64,000 nucleotides of DNA from Diplonema japonicum. Its lineage: Eukaryota; Protista; Euglenozoa: Diplonemea. Shown one piece after another: positions 43,474 to 55,473 of this stretch (position 1 is its first letter; each line of letters starts with the position of its first letter). The stretch spans positions 310,001-374,000 of the forward strand of contig OZ025669.1 of NCBI GenBank assembly GCA_964019335.1, read 5' to 3'. A program made the position numbers and the translations under genes. Under the pieces are notes generated by a model that ran no database searches, was not told the origin of the DNA, and saw only the letters and a list, made by a program, of their open reading frames with translations.

Positions 43474-44613
43474 TCAGTAAAACACGGTTGCGGAGGTACG
43501 GGGCTGAGACCGTGCTTCTGGGTGCTGCACGTTGCTGTTGCTCCCGCTTCCAGGGGCCGCGGCGTTGTTCCAGGCTTTTTGGTAGATGAGATGCTGCCGG
43601 GCTTTAGTAGACACTCCTCGCGAATGTGACCCATCCGTCTTGTTCCACGGGGCAGTAGACCTGGGGCTCTGTGAGTAGCTGGGAAGAGAACCTTTATCCC
43701 ATGGAGCAGGGCTTCTCGGTCCAGGGGTTTGAGCTCTTTGTTGCGGAGGCGACCACAGCGGTTCATGGCTATGACTGCGATGGTTGGCAAACGTAGTGCG
43801 CCCGGTTTTGTTCTTCTCCATCATCCCATCATCCGCGATATACGTAGGGACTTTTTGGTGGATGAGCTTGCCCGCTGCTTCCCTGGACTCCTTGTCCCAG
43901 GGGTTGCTTCCTGGGGTGTGTTGTTGTTTCTCAGTGCTTTTCCCTGTGCTGGGTCGGAGCATGGTGTCTTGTTCCCCAACAAATGTGTGTACGAAACCTT
44001 CTTTGACCGCTTTGCACGAACCGCCTCCTAAGGCTGTTGCCATGGTTTTCTGAGAGAATATTTTCCGGCCGGCGTCTGCGTGGAAGTGTTCCTCGCCGTT
44101 TTCATTGTGAAGTAGGACTTTGGAAGATTTATTCCGTGCGGGAGAGGAGCTGAATGGGTCGGTCCTAACCCGTCCTTCTGGTTTTGATTGCGCACGCTCC
44201 CATGGTTTTAACGTTACGCCGTCTGTGGGGCGGCGTTCGTTCGGGGTTGGCTCAGGATGCCAGCGTGCGCCTTTCATAGGGCTGTTTTTTGCTTCGCTTG
44301 CGAACTTTGTGTATGTTGCCCTCTTGCCTTCCACAGCCTTTGTCGATCTGTTCCAAGGCGGGTTCACAGCGTCGTTTAGCTTTGGGGCAACGATCTTCCT
44401 CGTGCACTTCCTCTCCACACCGTCTAAAGGCCTGCCCGCCACCTCTTTTTTATGCGCTCGGTGTGCGTCTTGGCTTTTATCCCATGGAGCCATCATTGAC
44501 CTGTCCGACATTGGTGCGCTGCAGCTTCTCTTAGACACCCTGCTTCTTGACCCTGCCATCCCTTCGTCCCCCCGTGGCGCTGTCTCCCCTCCTAATATCG
44601 CTAGGGTTGCCAT
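43474..44613 (-). CDS. Disordered protein with repeated PW motifs
   Basis: Start MATLAILGG at 44613; recurring APWD/PPWN/KPWE/NPWD/APWN. Confidence 0.72.
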   Translation of the reverse strand: MATLAILGGETAPRGDEGMAGSRSRVSKRSCSAPMSDRSMMAPWDKSQDAHRAHKKEVAGRPLDGVERKCTRKIVAPKLNDAVNPPWNRSTKAVEGKRATYTKFASEAKNSPMKGARWHPEPTPNERRPTDGVTLKPWERAQSKPEGRVRTDPFSSSPARNKSSKVLLHNENGEEHFHADAGRKIFSQKTMATALGGGSCKAVKEGFVHTFVGEQDTMLRPSTGKSTEKQQHTPGSNPWDKESREAAGKLIHQKVPTYIADDGMMEKNKTGRTTFANHRSHSHEPLWSPPQQRAQTPGPRSPAPWDKGSLPSYSQSPRSTAPWNKTDGSHSRGVSTKARQHLIYQKAWNNAAAPGSGSNSNVQHPEARSQPRTSATVFY

Positions 44614-44678
44614 TTCCCTTCTTTGTTCCTTTTTTTTTTTTTTTTTTTTTTTTTTCCCCCCACAAATTTTGTAAAACG

Positions 44679-44712
<34 letters not shown>

Positions 44713-46453
44713 GAGAAAAAAAAAAAATATCCGGGATTTCTTTTTTTTTTTTCTCTCTCTTTTTTCTTTCCAGGGGTTTGTCACTCCGGCATTTTTCTCC
44801 ACCGATATTTTTTTTTCCAGCTAAGGGGCTTAAGGGCCTTGGGTTCCGTTGTTTGGCAGTTAAAGTCATCAACCATCAGCAGGATGGGGTCATCAGGCCC
44901 GAGGCACCTGGTCCTTACATAAAAGGAATACTTCTTCGTTGTCCCAAATCTTGAGGCGTGCAGTAAACTCTTGCCCCCCCCCATGTGAACTGGGCCTAAT
45001 CTTATGGATATCGATGATCGACCATATCTCCATGGTGCTCCCTTTGTCTCGTTCTGAAGTGGGCGAAGAGCTAAACGAGACCCACCACAGGGAAGCCTGG
45101 AAACGAAGTCGAATGACCGAAAGCCAGACTTTTTTTCGCTTCCGGGGGTTTGTTACTTCCCAGCTTTCTTTTTTTTTTGTTTCCCCCCGTTCTTTCAATT
45201 TCCATCTTTCTTTTTCTATTGTTGTCTGGGGTGACATGACAGAAGAATGGTATAAGATGAAGAAGGAAAAAAAAAAAAAAAAACATAAGGGATTTGGGGG
45301 GGAGAAAAAAAAAATATGGGGGGGAGGGTAGAGGGAATTTTGAAGGAAAAAAAAAGTGGGGAATAATAGAAATAAGAAAATATTACAAAAAAAGCTTTTT
45401 TTTGGGGGGGGGAGTGGTGATGTGGAAAAGTAGTACCGTAACGAAAAAGTTTTCTCTCCCCCCCCCCCCCCTCCCCACTTCCTTCTTCCCTACTGCATTC
45501 ATTTTTTTCCCCTTCCTCTGAGAGAATGTCAACATTGCTATCACAATGAGGCCTATATATATTTTAAATTAAATTTTTTAGAGGGACGTTCGACAGCCTT
45601 ATTTTGATATTCCCGTTCCCTCTACACTTTCTCTCTCTACCCCCCCCCCCCCCTTCCCCCCCACAGTGTCAACTTTTTATTTTGCTTACAAGGAAAGCCT
45701 CAAACAGAGCCAAAAAAAAACCCCCCCCAAAGTGACATTCAAAAAAAAAGGGGGGTGGAAAAAAATCTTTCGTGGGCAGCAATCCTGACGAGGTTTGCTT
45801 TGCTGGTTTTTTAACGGGTGGGGGGGGGGGGGGGAACCTTATTACTTTATGAATAGTTTTTCTCCACAGTATTGCGTAGGGGAACGCATTCAGAGTCTTT
45901 TGTTTTTCCTCCTCTTCTTAAAAAAAAAAAAAGAACTATACACACACACACAGATAACCTGACAGAATTGGAGAAAAAAAGCCAAAAAAAAAAAATAAGA
46001 TAAAGGATACCAGTGTTGGTGGCACAGTGCTGCTGGTGATGACCGACGAGGAGGTCAGCGAACAACACATCTGATGTACTTCTTTATATCCATGTTATCC
46101 CCACCACCAAAAAAAAAAAGAATTGTAAAAGTTTAAAAAAAAAGTTTATTAACAAGTTAGGATTTTTCTTTTTTGGAAAGAAACAAGGGGGGGGGGAGAA
46201 GAAGACCCCCCCCCCCCCCCCCCCACCGATTGGCTTCCCTTCATTTTCTCTTCGCCCTCCCTTTTTTTTTTGTAAATCTCTTCCCCCGCCCTCCCGCCTT
46301 TTTTTTTTTTTATCACACGAGATCCTATCTCTTTTTTTTTTTTCCCCCACCCCTTCTCCGTCGCACATTGAAACAAAAAAAATGGAAGAAAGGGGAGGGG
46401 GGAGGGCGAATACAGCACCTTTTTTTTTTTTTTTTAAATTTTCTTTTCTTCCT

Positions 46454-46483
<30 letters not shown>

Positions 46484-46489
<6 letters not shown>

Positions 46490-47701
46490 AGTTATCGCAG
46501 TACTCGGTCGGTTTAAATGGCGAAGCTTAACGGTGCCCCGTGGAGGCATTTGGGAAGAAGAGTTGTTTAGGTGCTTCTTCTTGACAGCGGCCGCAGGGAT
46601 GGCAGAGGGGCAGGTCCCGTTGCTGGACGGACTAGGCCGGCGGGATTTGAAATCAATTGTTTTGGTGAGCCCAGACCTGCGAACTCTGCAGGTGACCACA
46701 CCTGTCACTGAAGAGCTTATGATATTAGTTAAATCTGTTTGCGTGATGACCGCCTTCCCATCCCCAGAAATAATAACATCACCGGTTTGAAAACTTTCAG
46801 AAGCGGACGAAACAACTTTCCCTCCCACATCGATTGTGACGCCATGCGGTGCTTCCTCCACGAAAAGAGGGTTCGCTCCCTTCGTGTTCAGGATTTTTTT
46901 TTTTGTAACGACCGTTCTTGTTTTCAGCCGTTTAACGGCCACGGTTGGGGTCTGTTTGCCAACCGGTTTTTCAACAGGCCCTTCCTCCCCCGACGAGTCT
47001 TGTAGTTGTGGTAGCTGCTGCGGTGGAAGTTGCGGGGAAACATTTTCCGTCTGAGTGCATTGCTGCTCTGTTGACACCTCCGGCCGTTTTGCAAAATTCT
47101 GATACAGCTCCAACACCGAACTAGAATATTCAAGTATCACTTCCTGCCGCCGTTCAGCCTCTGTAATTTGAATAGGGAGTATATGCATCGCCTGGTTCGT
47201 TCCCGAATGTCGGCGATTCTCTGAAGCTACAGTAGTAAGAACCATCAAAACACTGTCTCGAGATCTTTGGAGAAGCTTGACCTCTTCAGTTAGAGACTCC
47301 TGCGGGGGGGGTTCCTCTGTTCCAATCTCCGAGAATGCGTTTTTGAACAGTCTTGATAATGCAGATGTTATAGAGAGGCGTACTGCAGCGACAGGGGCAG
47401 CGTAGCCTTGTAGTGCGGTGACTTCATTTCGTAGCAGGCAGACTTCATCGCCTAAGCTTTGCAGACGGCTCACCACCTCGTCCATGTTTTCTCCGTCTCG
47501 TTCTTTTCTCAGCATTTCCACTTCTTTCCGCGCTTGTTCCTGTTTTGCGATCACTGTTTCGTAGTCGCGGTGCAGCATGTTGTAGGCATCGACTAGTAAC
47601 CGGCACCCGTCGGGCCGTTCTACCACCCTCCCGTCAGTTTTTATCAGAGTTGTCCGCCTGTCCACTTCACTTTGAGACACTTGGTGACTTATATGTTCCA
47701 T
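46484..47701 (-). CDS. Coiled-coil protein with C-terminal PDZ-like domain (start uncertain)
   Basis: N-terminal heptads; GVTIDVGG...FQTGDVIISGDGKAV...VTCRVRRSG. An upstream exon near 47825-47890 is possible. Confidence 0.7.
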
Positions 47702-47707
47702 ATGTGG

Positions 47708-47740
<33 letters not shown>

Positions 47741-48801
47741 GGGGGGGAAACCCGGGGAGGGCGACCTTTATTATAATTATTATTATTATTATTATTATTT
47801 TTTTTTTTTTGGCCCTAAAATACTCGCAGGGTTACGGTGTGCTGCTTGCCTCTTGTAGCCATGCTTGCCAACACCGTTGTTTCTGAACATCTTTTGCACT
47901 GTCTGGAAGGGGCAGGATTTATTTCGGGTCAGCTGTATCCACCTCACCCCGTAAGATCTCTCTCTCGTAAGGTGGAACGTGAGTTGGATTTACAAATTTC
48001 TGGATTTACAAATTTCTGGGGTTATTCTTTTCCCAGCTATCTGCTACAATTGTAAAAAAATTAGAAAAAATAAAAATAAAAAAACAAAAATAAAAATGGG
48101 GGAACAAATGGAAAGAAGAGAGAAATATAACCATTAGGTCAGAAAAAAAAAATTTTTTTTTCCCAATTTTTTTTTGATGGGGAGAGAGAGGTATCCCCCC
48201 CCACCATCCCCCCCGAAAAAAAAAAACAAGAAAAACAAAAGGGGGAGGGGACACTAAGGGATTGGGGGGAAAAAAATAAAAAGTACATCGAAATAAAATA
48301 AAAATAAAAAGTGATTTTTTTTTTAATGGGAATAGAAAAGAGAGAGAGAGAGAGGAAAAAAAAAAAAGAAAGAGAAAACCCACATTAAGTTCATAGAGAT
48401 GTGTATGGTTTATTTTTTATGTCTTGATTGCTATGCATTTTCCCACAGGTAGATAGAGGAAAACGGCATCAATTAAAAAACTAGTCCGGCGCTTCATTAG
48501 TTAGTGACTACGAGCGGAATTTTACCTAATAAAATAGCTCCTTTCGCTGCCATCAAACTAGTTTTTAGACGTGGTTGCTAAGGTTCTTAAAACAAAGAAA
48601 ACAAGGGTAGGAAGGGTGTGCCCCCCCCCCCCCCCCAACCCCAGAACTTTTAAAAATATGAACACAAGTTTCTCTTCCCCCCTCCCTACTTCTTTATTCT
48701 TTGTACTTTGTACACCCGAATAAAAAAGAAAAAGTATTTTGCCACACTATGGGAAAAACCAAAAAAAATTTTTTTCTCCGGCACTTTTTTTTTTTTTCAA
48801 C

Positions 48802-48845
<44 letters not shown>

Positions 48846-49490
48846 TATTCTTTTTTTTTTTTTTTACCCCATACATTTTTTTTTTTCTTCCTCATTCGTT
48901 TTTTTTTTCTTCTTCTAATTCTATTTTTTTTTTCTTCTTCCTTGCGTAAAATCCTTTTAAACGGGAAAAATAAAAAGAACAGAAAATAATTGCCGGCGCA
49001 ACATTATAAAAAAAAAACGAAACAAGAGGAAAATCTCGAAGATACCCTGGTGCTCTTGTTCCTTTTTTTTTTTTTTTTTTTTTTTTTTTGTTCTCTTCCA
49101 AAACGTTTTATATCTTCTAAAAATGTGATTTTATTTAGAAAATGCAAGACCGCGAGGAAAATGTTGCTCACTTCTTTTTGTTTTCTTTCCATTTTCTTTT
49201 CTTTTTTTTTTTTCCTTTTTCGTTTTCTCTCTGCGAATTCCATGATTATTATTTCACCATAATTCTTTTATTCTCGGATATGTGGTGTTCGGAGGGGTAA
49301 AGGTATAAAAAAAAAAAAGGGAAAAAAAAAAAGAAATACGGGGGAGGGGACAAAAAAAAGAGGGAAGACGACTTACAAAAAAGAAACAGAAAAAAAAAAA
49401 AGGAAAGAAAAAACGCGAACTTTTTTAATATAAAAATTCTTCCTCCCTTTTTTTTTTTTTTATTTATTTATTTAGTGCCCGCCCTCTGTT

Positions 49491-49685
49491 CTACGCCAGG
49501 TCCAGAATCAGTCGCTGGGGGTCCTCAATCAGGTTCTTGATCTGGTTTTTTTTTTTTTTTTTTTTCCCACCCCATCATATCACAAACCTTCACCAAGAAA
49601 GTAACAGCATCTCTACCATCGATAAGACGGTGGTCATAGGTAAGAGCGAGTGCCATGATGGGCCTGGCAGAGATGTTACCGTTCT

Positions 49686-49721
<36 letters not shown>

Positions 49722-50845
49722 CTTTTCTTCTACCACACCTTGTCAACCCAGGCCTTCTGCTTCACGGCGTGCATGCCCAGCACAGCAGACTGGGGCGGGT
49801 TAATAATAGGAGTACCCATCCACGACCCATAAGTCCCCCCGTTCGAGATGGTGAAGGTACCACCCGACATCTCAGGAAGAGTAAGCGTGTTGTTCTTCGC
49901 CTTGTTCGCAAAGTGTCCAATCTGCTTCTCAATATCAGCGAAGTTCATGTCCTGAACGTCTCTAATAACAGGCACAACAAGCCCTGTGGGGATGGCCACT
50001 GCAACACTGATATCAACGTAGTCGTGGTACACAATGGACTGGTTCTCCATGTCCATGTAGGCATTGATGATGGGGACAGCCTCGAGGGCAGACGCAGAGG
50101 CCTTGACGAAGGCGGACATGAATCCAAGCTTGACACCGTGCTTCTCGGCGAACTCCTCTTTGTACTGGGATCTCAAGTTGATGAGGTTCGACATGTCCAC
50201 CTCGTTGAAAGTGGTCAGCATGGCTGCTGTGTTCTGAGACGCCTTCAGTCGGTCGGCGATCCTCTTTCTCATGGGTGTCAACCTTACACGCTTTTCCCTG
50301 TCGGATGACGCAGCAAAGATCTGTTCCTTTTCTTTGGGTGCGGCGGGTGCTACAGGTGTGGGTATGGTGGGTTTTTCAGCTGCGGGTTTGTCTGCTGCAG
50401 GCTTGTCTGCTGCAGGTGCCTTTTCGGGGGCGGCATCTCCGCCCTTGGGGGCGGATGCTTCCTTGATCTTGATGATATCTTGGCCGACTTGGACTGTTAC
50501 GCCTTCCTCGGCGAGAATTTCAGTGACGATCCCGTCGTGAGGTGCCCTGATGGGTACTGTGACCTTTTCGGATTCAATACCGCCGACAACGGAGTCCTCT
50601 AGAACGGAGTCACCGACCTGTACCTCCCACGGGCCCACCGTTCCCTCGCTGATGCTCTCTGCGATGACGGGGCACGCGATGACGGTACACCACCTGTGGC
50701 CTCCGAGCCTCTTCATCCCAAGCCCGCTCAGCTTCACCCCGTTGCTCGAAACGTTCATCTCCCTCTTCTGCGTCGCCCAACCCTTCGCCACGGTCGACCT
50801 CCTTAGCATCCCGCTCATGGCGGCCCTTCTAACACATGACTGCAT
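49491..50845 (-). CDS. DLST: Dihydrolipoamide succinyltransferase (2-oxoglutarate dehydrogenase E2), mitochondrial
   Basis: Transit peptide, lipoyl domain AESISEG...[50 protein letters not shown]. Introns 49684..49738 and 49542..49587. Confidence 0.95.
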
Positions 50846-50856
50846 TGTAATTTTTT

Positions 50857-50892
<36 letters not shown>

Positions 50893-51159
50893 GGTTTTAT
50901 TTTTTTTGTTGTGAATTGAGTCGGTGGAGGGGGACAAAAAAATTTTCAAAAAAAAAAAAAAAATGGACACAATGGGGCAGAGTTTGTTATTTAACAGGAA
51001 AATAAAGAAAATAAAAAAAAATAAAAAAAAAGAGACATTTAAGGGTACCTGCGGTATGTGGCAGGACGCCTGAACAAAAAAGGGGGGAGGGGGTGTATTT
51101 CTTTTTCTCTTTTTCCCCCCCTTTTTATGGTTTTGTTTGGTTTCTTTTTTCTTCTTCTT

Positions 51160-52062
51160 CTACGTGTCGCTGACCCCTGTCACAATAACCCAGTGGTTGA
51201 AGGGAGCCTCAGGGCGGACCTCGTTGTTTTTTCCTTGGATGGAATACAGCCTGACGGGTTTTTTTTTTTTTTTTTTTTTTCCATGTGAGACATACTTCGC
51301 TGCAAAAACCTCATTCTCAGCCCCGAAGTCGTTGAGGACTGTTTTCTTGTGAGAAGCAAGGTACTGCCCCGTGGCGCAGTGTGCTAATACAGCGACGGAG
51401 TTAGCCTTCACAGGCTGCCCTTCCATCTCAAACCGGTACTCTGGGTTGGCGTAGATAAATTCCCATGACAGTGCGTAAGTGCCGTGATCCGCAATAGCTA
51501 CTTCCTGCTGCCGACTTGTTTTAGAGTGGCAAGAAGGTGTAAGCAGCTCCGAGGTGAGACGGAGTGGCTTCCCAGAATCCTTAGCCACTATTGCATTGTT
51601 GAGGGTGATCTGAACCTTCTGCCCGTAGTGGATCACATCCCCTTCTCCTTTTGAAGCCCAGAATTCGTCATCGGGGTGGGGCAGAGGTGTGATGGTCCAT
51701 GTGTTCCTCACCACAGGGCCCTTTGCCTTCACAGTTGAAAGAGCGATTTTCTGGTGCGGTCGGCATGTCAGCTCATCATCGATGTCCATGCTCAGGTACC
51801 CTTGTGTGTCCCCGTTCTGCAGTACTATCAGCTGCCCACTTCGCACTAGGCCGTCGCCCTCGGGTTCCAATTGCACCCCTTTGTTGTGCTCTTTCTTCTT
51901 CGACGAAATTTGCTGGCTCAATAGCTCCCCCATGTCCCGTTTTCGCATGTAGTCCTGCATCTCGTCCTCCTGGCACTGCATGTCCTCGCTCCAGTTCCCC
52001 ACGAACGTGCGGTGGCGGTACCCTTTCTGCCCCGACAGCTGCTGCGGGGTGAACGCCGTCAT
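51160..52062 (-). CDS. CFAP161: Cilia/flagella-associated protein 161-like
   Basis: FTPQQL...FVGNWSED, ARN-like VRNTW, IHYGQKV, RFEMEGQPV, HCATGQYL, NDFGAENEV, NHW. In-frame 45-nt intron 51251..51295. Confidence 0.78.
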   Translation of the reverse strand: MTAFTPQQLSGQKGYRHRTFVGNWSEDMQCQEDEMQDYMRKRDMGELLSQQISSKKKEHNKGVQLEPEGDGLVRSGQLIVLQNGDTQGYLSMDIDDELTCRPHQKIALSTVKAKGPVVRNTWTITPLPHPDDEFWASKGEGDVIHYGQKVQITLNNAIVAKDSGKPLRLTSELLTPSCHSKTSRQQEVAIADHGTYALSWEFIYANPEYRFEMEGQPVKANSVAVLAHCATGQYLASHKKTVLNDFGAENEVFAAKYVSHGKKKKKKKPVRLYSIQGKNNEVRPEAPFNHWVIVTGVSDT

Positions 52063-52173
52063 TATTTTTCTCCGCCCCCTTTTTTTTTCTCTCCTTTTTT
52101 TTTTTTTTTTTTTCCTTCTACGTCAAAATATTTACAAGAAAAAAAAATGGTAACTCACAACAAAATAAACGAT

Positions 52174-54921
52174 CTATGCAATGGAAGGAGGGGGGTTAGG
52201 TGTTACATCTATCCTCCGTGCGGTCTTCCTGTCCGGGGTTGGCGTTGGTGTGGCACGATGGGCCTTTGCAGGTCTACTGTGGATGGTGACCTCAAGAGTA
52301 GCACCGCGCTCGGTTCGTACGATCCAGCGACGTAAAGTACCTACAGTGAAGGGGAAGAGGAGGTCATCGCTGGACGAGAAGTCAAGCGGGGTTTCAAGGT
52401 CCCAGAGGGAACCTACCGAACCACTACGAGCAGCGTCGAAAATAGAAGAAGGGAGTGCCTCGCAAGGGGTAGCAGGCGGCCCACCGTCACCAAGAAACAC
52501 ATGCCCTGCCATGTCAAACACAGAACCGTGTTTAATAGACAAGATCCCAGAAAACTCATCGACGGTTCCTCCTGATCGGTCTGTGACAATGTCCTTGGGC
52601 TTCCACAGCTCTAGACTGGCTACGGTTTCGCTGTCGCGGTCCTTAGAAGAGTCCCGTGTCGATTTAACGCTTTTATACTTTGCCTGTGGAGCACCCCGTT
52701 TGCCTATCAACGATGCAGCGTCTCTGATCAAGCTTGGGTATAATTCTAACAGCCGTTCCTTTAATATCCCGATTTCTTTGTCGCAGTGTTCCTTGTGAGA
52801 TAGAAGTTGCAAGGTTATATCTGACTCTTTCACTTTTCGTGTGTACATGTCTTGAAGGCGTTTTTCCTCGCAATGTTTCAAGCTTGCTTGCAGCGTCTCA
52901 AGCGATGAATCTAGAGCGTCTTCAAGCTCTGTTACATCACGAAGGGTACCCTCTTTGGTTTTCCTGAGGTGGTCCAGAGTGTCTTGTCGGAGGGTCTTAA
53001 TCGATTCCTTCCGTTCTTGAAGCTCTTCCAGCATGGAATCCGTGATTTCTTGTAGCGTAATGGAGTATTGCCTGTTGCTGGTGTACATTCTTGAGAATTG
53101 GTCGCGTTTTATTTGCGTTTCCTTCAGGTTTGATTTCAGTTTGTCAACCTCTGCTTGGATTGTAGAAAACTCTAGTTGTGTAGCTTCGATCGGCGGTTTA
53201 TTTTTTTCTGATTTCTCATTCTGAGAGTCGATCAGAACCTCTATCATTCTCAACCGCTGAGAGTATTTTACTTGCAGGTTTCGCTCTCTTTCGAGCATCA
53301 GAAGAGATCGTTCTAAGTTCTTTCTCTCAGCGTACACCGCCTCCCGCGTTCTTTTGAATAATTTCTTCTTTTCCAATTTTATACACCTTTCTTCGAATCT
53401 CTGTTGTTTAGCTTCGCCTAAGGCGTCTAACCAAGCTCGTCGGTTTAGTCCTCTGTGGATGGCGTCTTCCGCCAGTTTAATTTTCAAATCTGCCTCGGCT
53501 TTTTCCGCCATTGCTTTTTGGTGGATATCGTCGGCTTTGCGTTCTTCTTCGGTTTTCCAATCGTTCAAGAACTTCTCCCGGGCGGCTTTCGATCGTTGCC
53601 GTTCCTCTCGGGCTTCTTTTTGAATCTGTTGTTGGACAGCCTTGTGTAGAATCTCTTCTTTTTTAATACGCCGATATTCTTCTTTTTGCTTCCGTTTGAT
53701 TTCCAATTGATGTCGTTCCTCTTCCGTTAACGCTTCCTCGTCGATTTCTTCAGACGATGACGCGTCCCAGTCCGATTCTTCTTCGATAGGTTCGCCAGCT
53801 TCGTCCAAATTGTACTTTCTATAAAGAGATCTAAATAGATCGTCTTCGTGAATGTTACGCTCGATTGTTGTGTTGACAACTTTGGAAATGTCCGCTTCTC
53901 GGACTTTTTCTGGGTTGTGGCGGGCGTAGAAATTGACAAGGCGAGATCGCAGCCTGATGCGGGTTTGTTCCTCGTCGTTGAGTTTTGTTGTTTTTCGTTT
54001 CTCAGCGGCCTCGTATTGCATCTGCCGGACCTGGTCCATTGCAAGAAGAACTTCATCGGCGGGGGGTTCTTGCAAGGCTGCTTTTGTGTCGATTTCTTGT
54101 CGGCCGTCTTTAAGACGTTTCAAACCACGTTGTATTTTAGGAAGAAGCTCTTCCGCGGGTATTCCGAATGAGCCTTCCTCGACTGCGATTTGAAATTCTT
54201 CAAAATCTATGTCGCCGTTGCCGTCCTTGTCGGCGGAGCGGATAACCGCTTGTACCAGTGAAGGCTTTGCATCAGGGAGAACGATTTTAACCATTCTGGC
54301 CATTTCTTCATGTGACAGACAACCGTCGGCATCTGTGTCCATTGTGTCGAACATTTGTTTGAACAGCGTGACGGGGTTGGCAGTTCTTCGGAGGTAATCG
54401 ACAGTTCGTTTGTTAATAACATGGCGGGCTTCGATGTGAGGGATATCTTCAGGTTTTGGGAGTGCTTTGAGGTATCGTTCCCAGCCTCCTCGTCGTTCTA
54501 CTCGGACGAGGCCTCCCTTGTATTTTTCTAGAAGGATGGAAGGTGGTTCGCCGAAGTACCCGCCCAAGGCGAGATCAACAAATTCTGAGAAATCCACTAC
54601 TCCGTTTTTATCTTCGTCTGCAATGTTGAGGACTTCCTGCACGACAGCAGGGGGTGCGGTGGGGTCTACTATTCTCATGAATCGTTCCATTTCGTTGGGG
54701 TCGATCTCGCCCCCTAGGTCGACATCTATGAGGTCGAAGAGTTCTCTGCACAGTTCCTCCTCTGTTTTGACCGGGCGTTTTCGTCGCTTGCCCTCGGAGG
54801 TACGCCTTGCGAATTTTGCATCGTCCCTCCCCCCAGCAGTGCTCGCCACGCCATGTTGCTGCTTCGGTTGGTTTTCGTTTTCCGTGGGTTGTGCGGCCTC
54901 GCTTTCGTTGGTCGATTCCAT
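52174..54921 (-). CDS. Four EF-hand, coiled-coil protein
   Basis: DVDLGGEIDPNE, DEDKNGVVDFSEF, DTDADGCLSHEE, DKDGNGDIDFEEF; RLVNFYARHNPEKV motif; long coiled coil. Confidence 0.85.
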   Translation of the reverse strand: MESTNESEAAQPTENENQPKQQHGVASTAGGRDDAKFARRTSEGKRRKRPVKTEEELCRELFDLIDVDLGGEIDPNEMERFMRIVDPTAPPAVVQEVLNIADEDKNGVVDFSEFVDLALGGYFGEPPSILLEKYKGGLVRVERRGGWERYLKALPKPEDIPHIEARHVINKRTVDYLRRTANPVTLFKQMFDTMDTDADGCLSHEEMARMVKIVLPDAKPSLVQAVIRSADKDGNGDIDFEEFQIAVEEGSFGIPAEELLPKIQRGLKRLKDGRQEIDTKAALQEPPADEVLLAMDQVRQMQYEAAEKRKTTKLNDEEQTRIRLRSRLVNFYARHNPEKVREADISKVVNTTIERNIHEDDLFRSLYRKYNLDEAGEPIEEESDWDASSSEEIDEEALTEEERHQLEIKRKQKEEYRRIKKEEILHKAVQQQIQKEAREERQRSKAAREKFLNDWKTEEERKADDIHQKAMAEKAEADLKIKLAEDAIHRGLNRRAWLDALGEAKQQRFEERCIKLEKKKLFKRTREAVYAERKNLERSLLMLERERNLQVKYSQRLRMIEVLIDSQNEKSEKNKPPIEATQLEFSTIQAEVDKLKSNLKETQIKRDQFSRMYTSNRQYSITLQEITDSMLEELQERKESIKTLRQDTLDHLRKTKEGTLRDVTELEDALDSSLETLQASLKHCEEKRLQDMYTRKVKESDITLQLLSHKEHCDKEIGILKERLLELYPSLIRDAASLIGKRGAPQAKYKSVKSTRDSSKDRDSETVASLELWKPKDIVTDRSGGTVDEFSGILSIKHGSVFDMAGHVFLGDGGPPATPCEALPSSIFDAARSGSVGSLWDLETPLDFSSSDDLLFPFTVGTLRRWIVRTERGATLEVTIHSRPAKAHRATPTPTPDRKTARRIDVTPNPPPSIA

Positions 54922-55002
54922 TTTTTTTTGTCCACCCGCTTTTTTTTTTTTGCAATAGATGATTTAATCGGGGGAAAAAAAAAAGAAGAAAAATAAAGAG
55001 TG

Positions 55003-55034
<32 letters not shown>

Positions 55035-55125
55035 GGAAGAGTGAAGAGAAAAAAAAAAAAAGAAAAAAAAAAGAAGGAAGGTTTTCATAGAAATACAGAT
55101 TATTTTTTTTTTTTTTTTTTGTGTG

Positions 55126-55164
<39 letters not shown>

Positions 55165-55440
55165 TACATTTTCTTTTGCTCGGGCAGCTTGGGTAACCGG
55201 TAAAATTTCAGTGCTCACTGGCCATAAGTAAATTCACACCAATCCGTCTGAGGTAGCCATTTTTTGTCGCGAGGAGATGGACGGCATCTGGGCGAAAAAC
55301 AATACATTATGAAAAATAAAAAAGAAGGAAAAAAAAAGAATAATTCTGTAGATTATGAAAACAAAACAAAGAAGTAAGATAAAAAAAACCATTTCTTTTA
55401 TATTTCCCCCCCCCTCCCCCCCAGAAAAGAAGAAAAAGAC

Positions 55441-55473
<33 letters not shown>

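Noticed and set aside
46037-46076. GTGATGA...CTGA resembling a box C/D snoRNA or hammerhead core
   Set aside because: Boxes only ~30 nt apart, no terminal stem, no GAAA core, and opposite to the transcribed strand
48474-48567. AAAAACTAGT...ACTAGTTTTT inverted repeat as a MITE
   Set aside because: Only 10 bp and low complexity, with no clear TSD
55190-55300. Complex-sequence island with a hairpin and ATTTTTTG (Sm-like site)
   Set aside because: No recognisable snRNA or SL RNA sequence; T-runs are ubiquitous here
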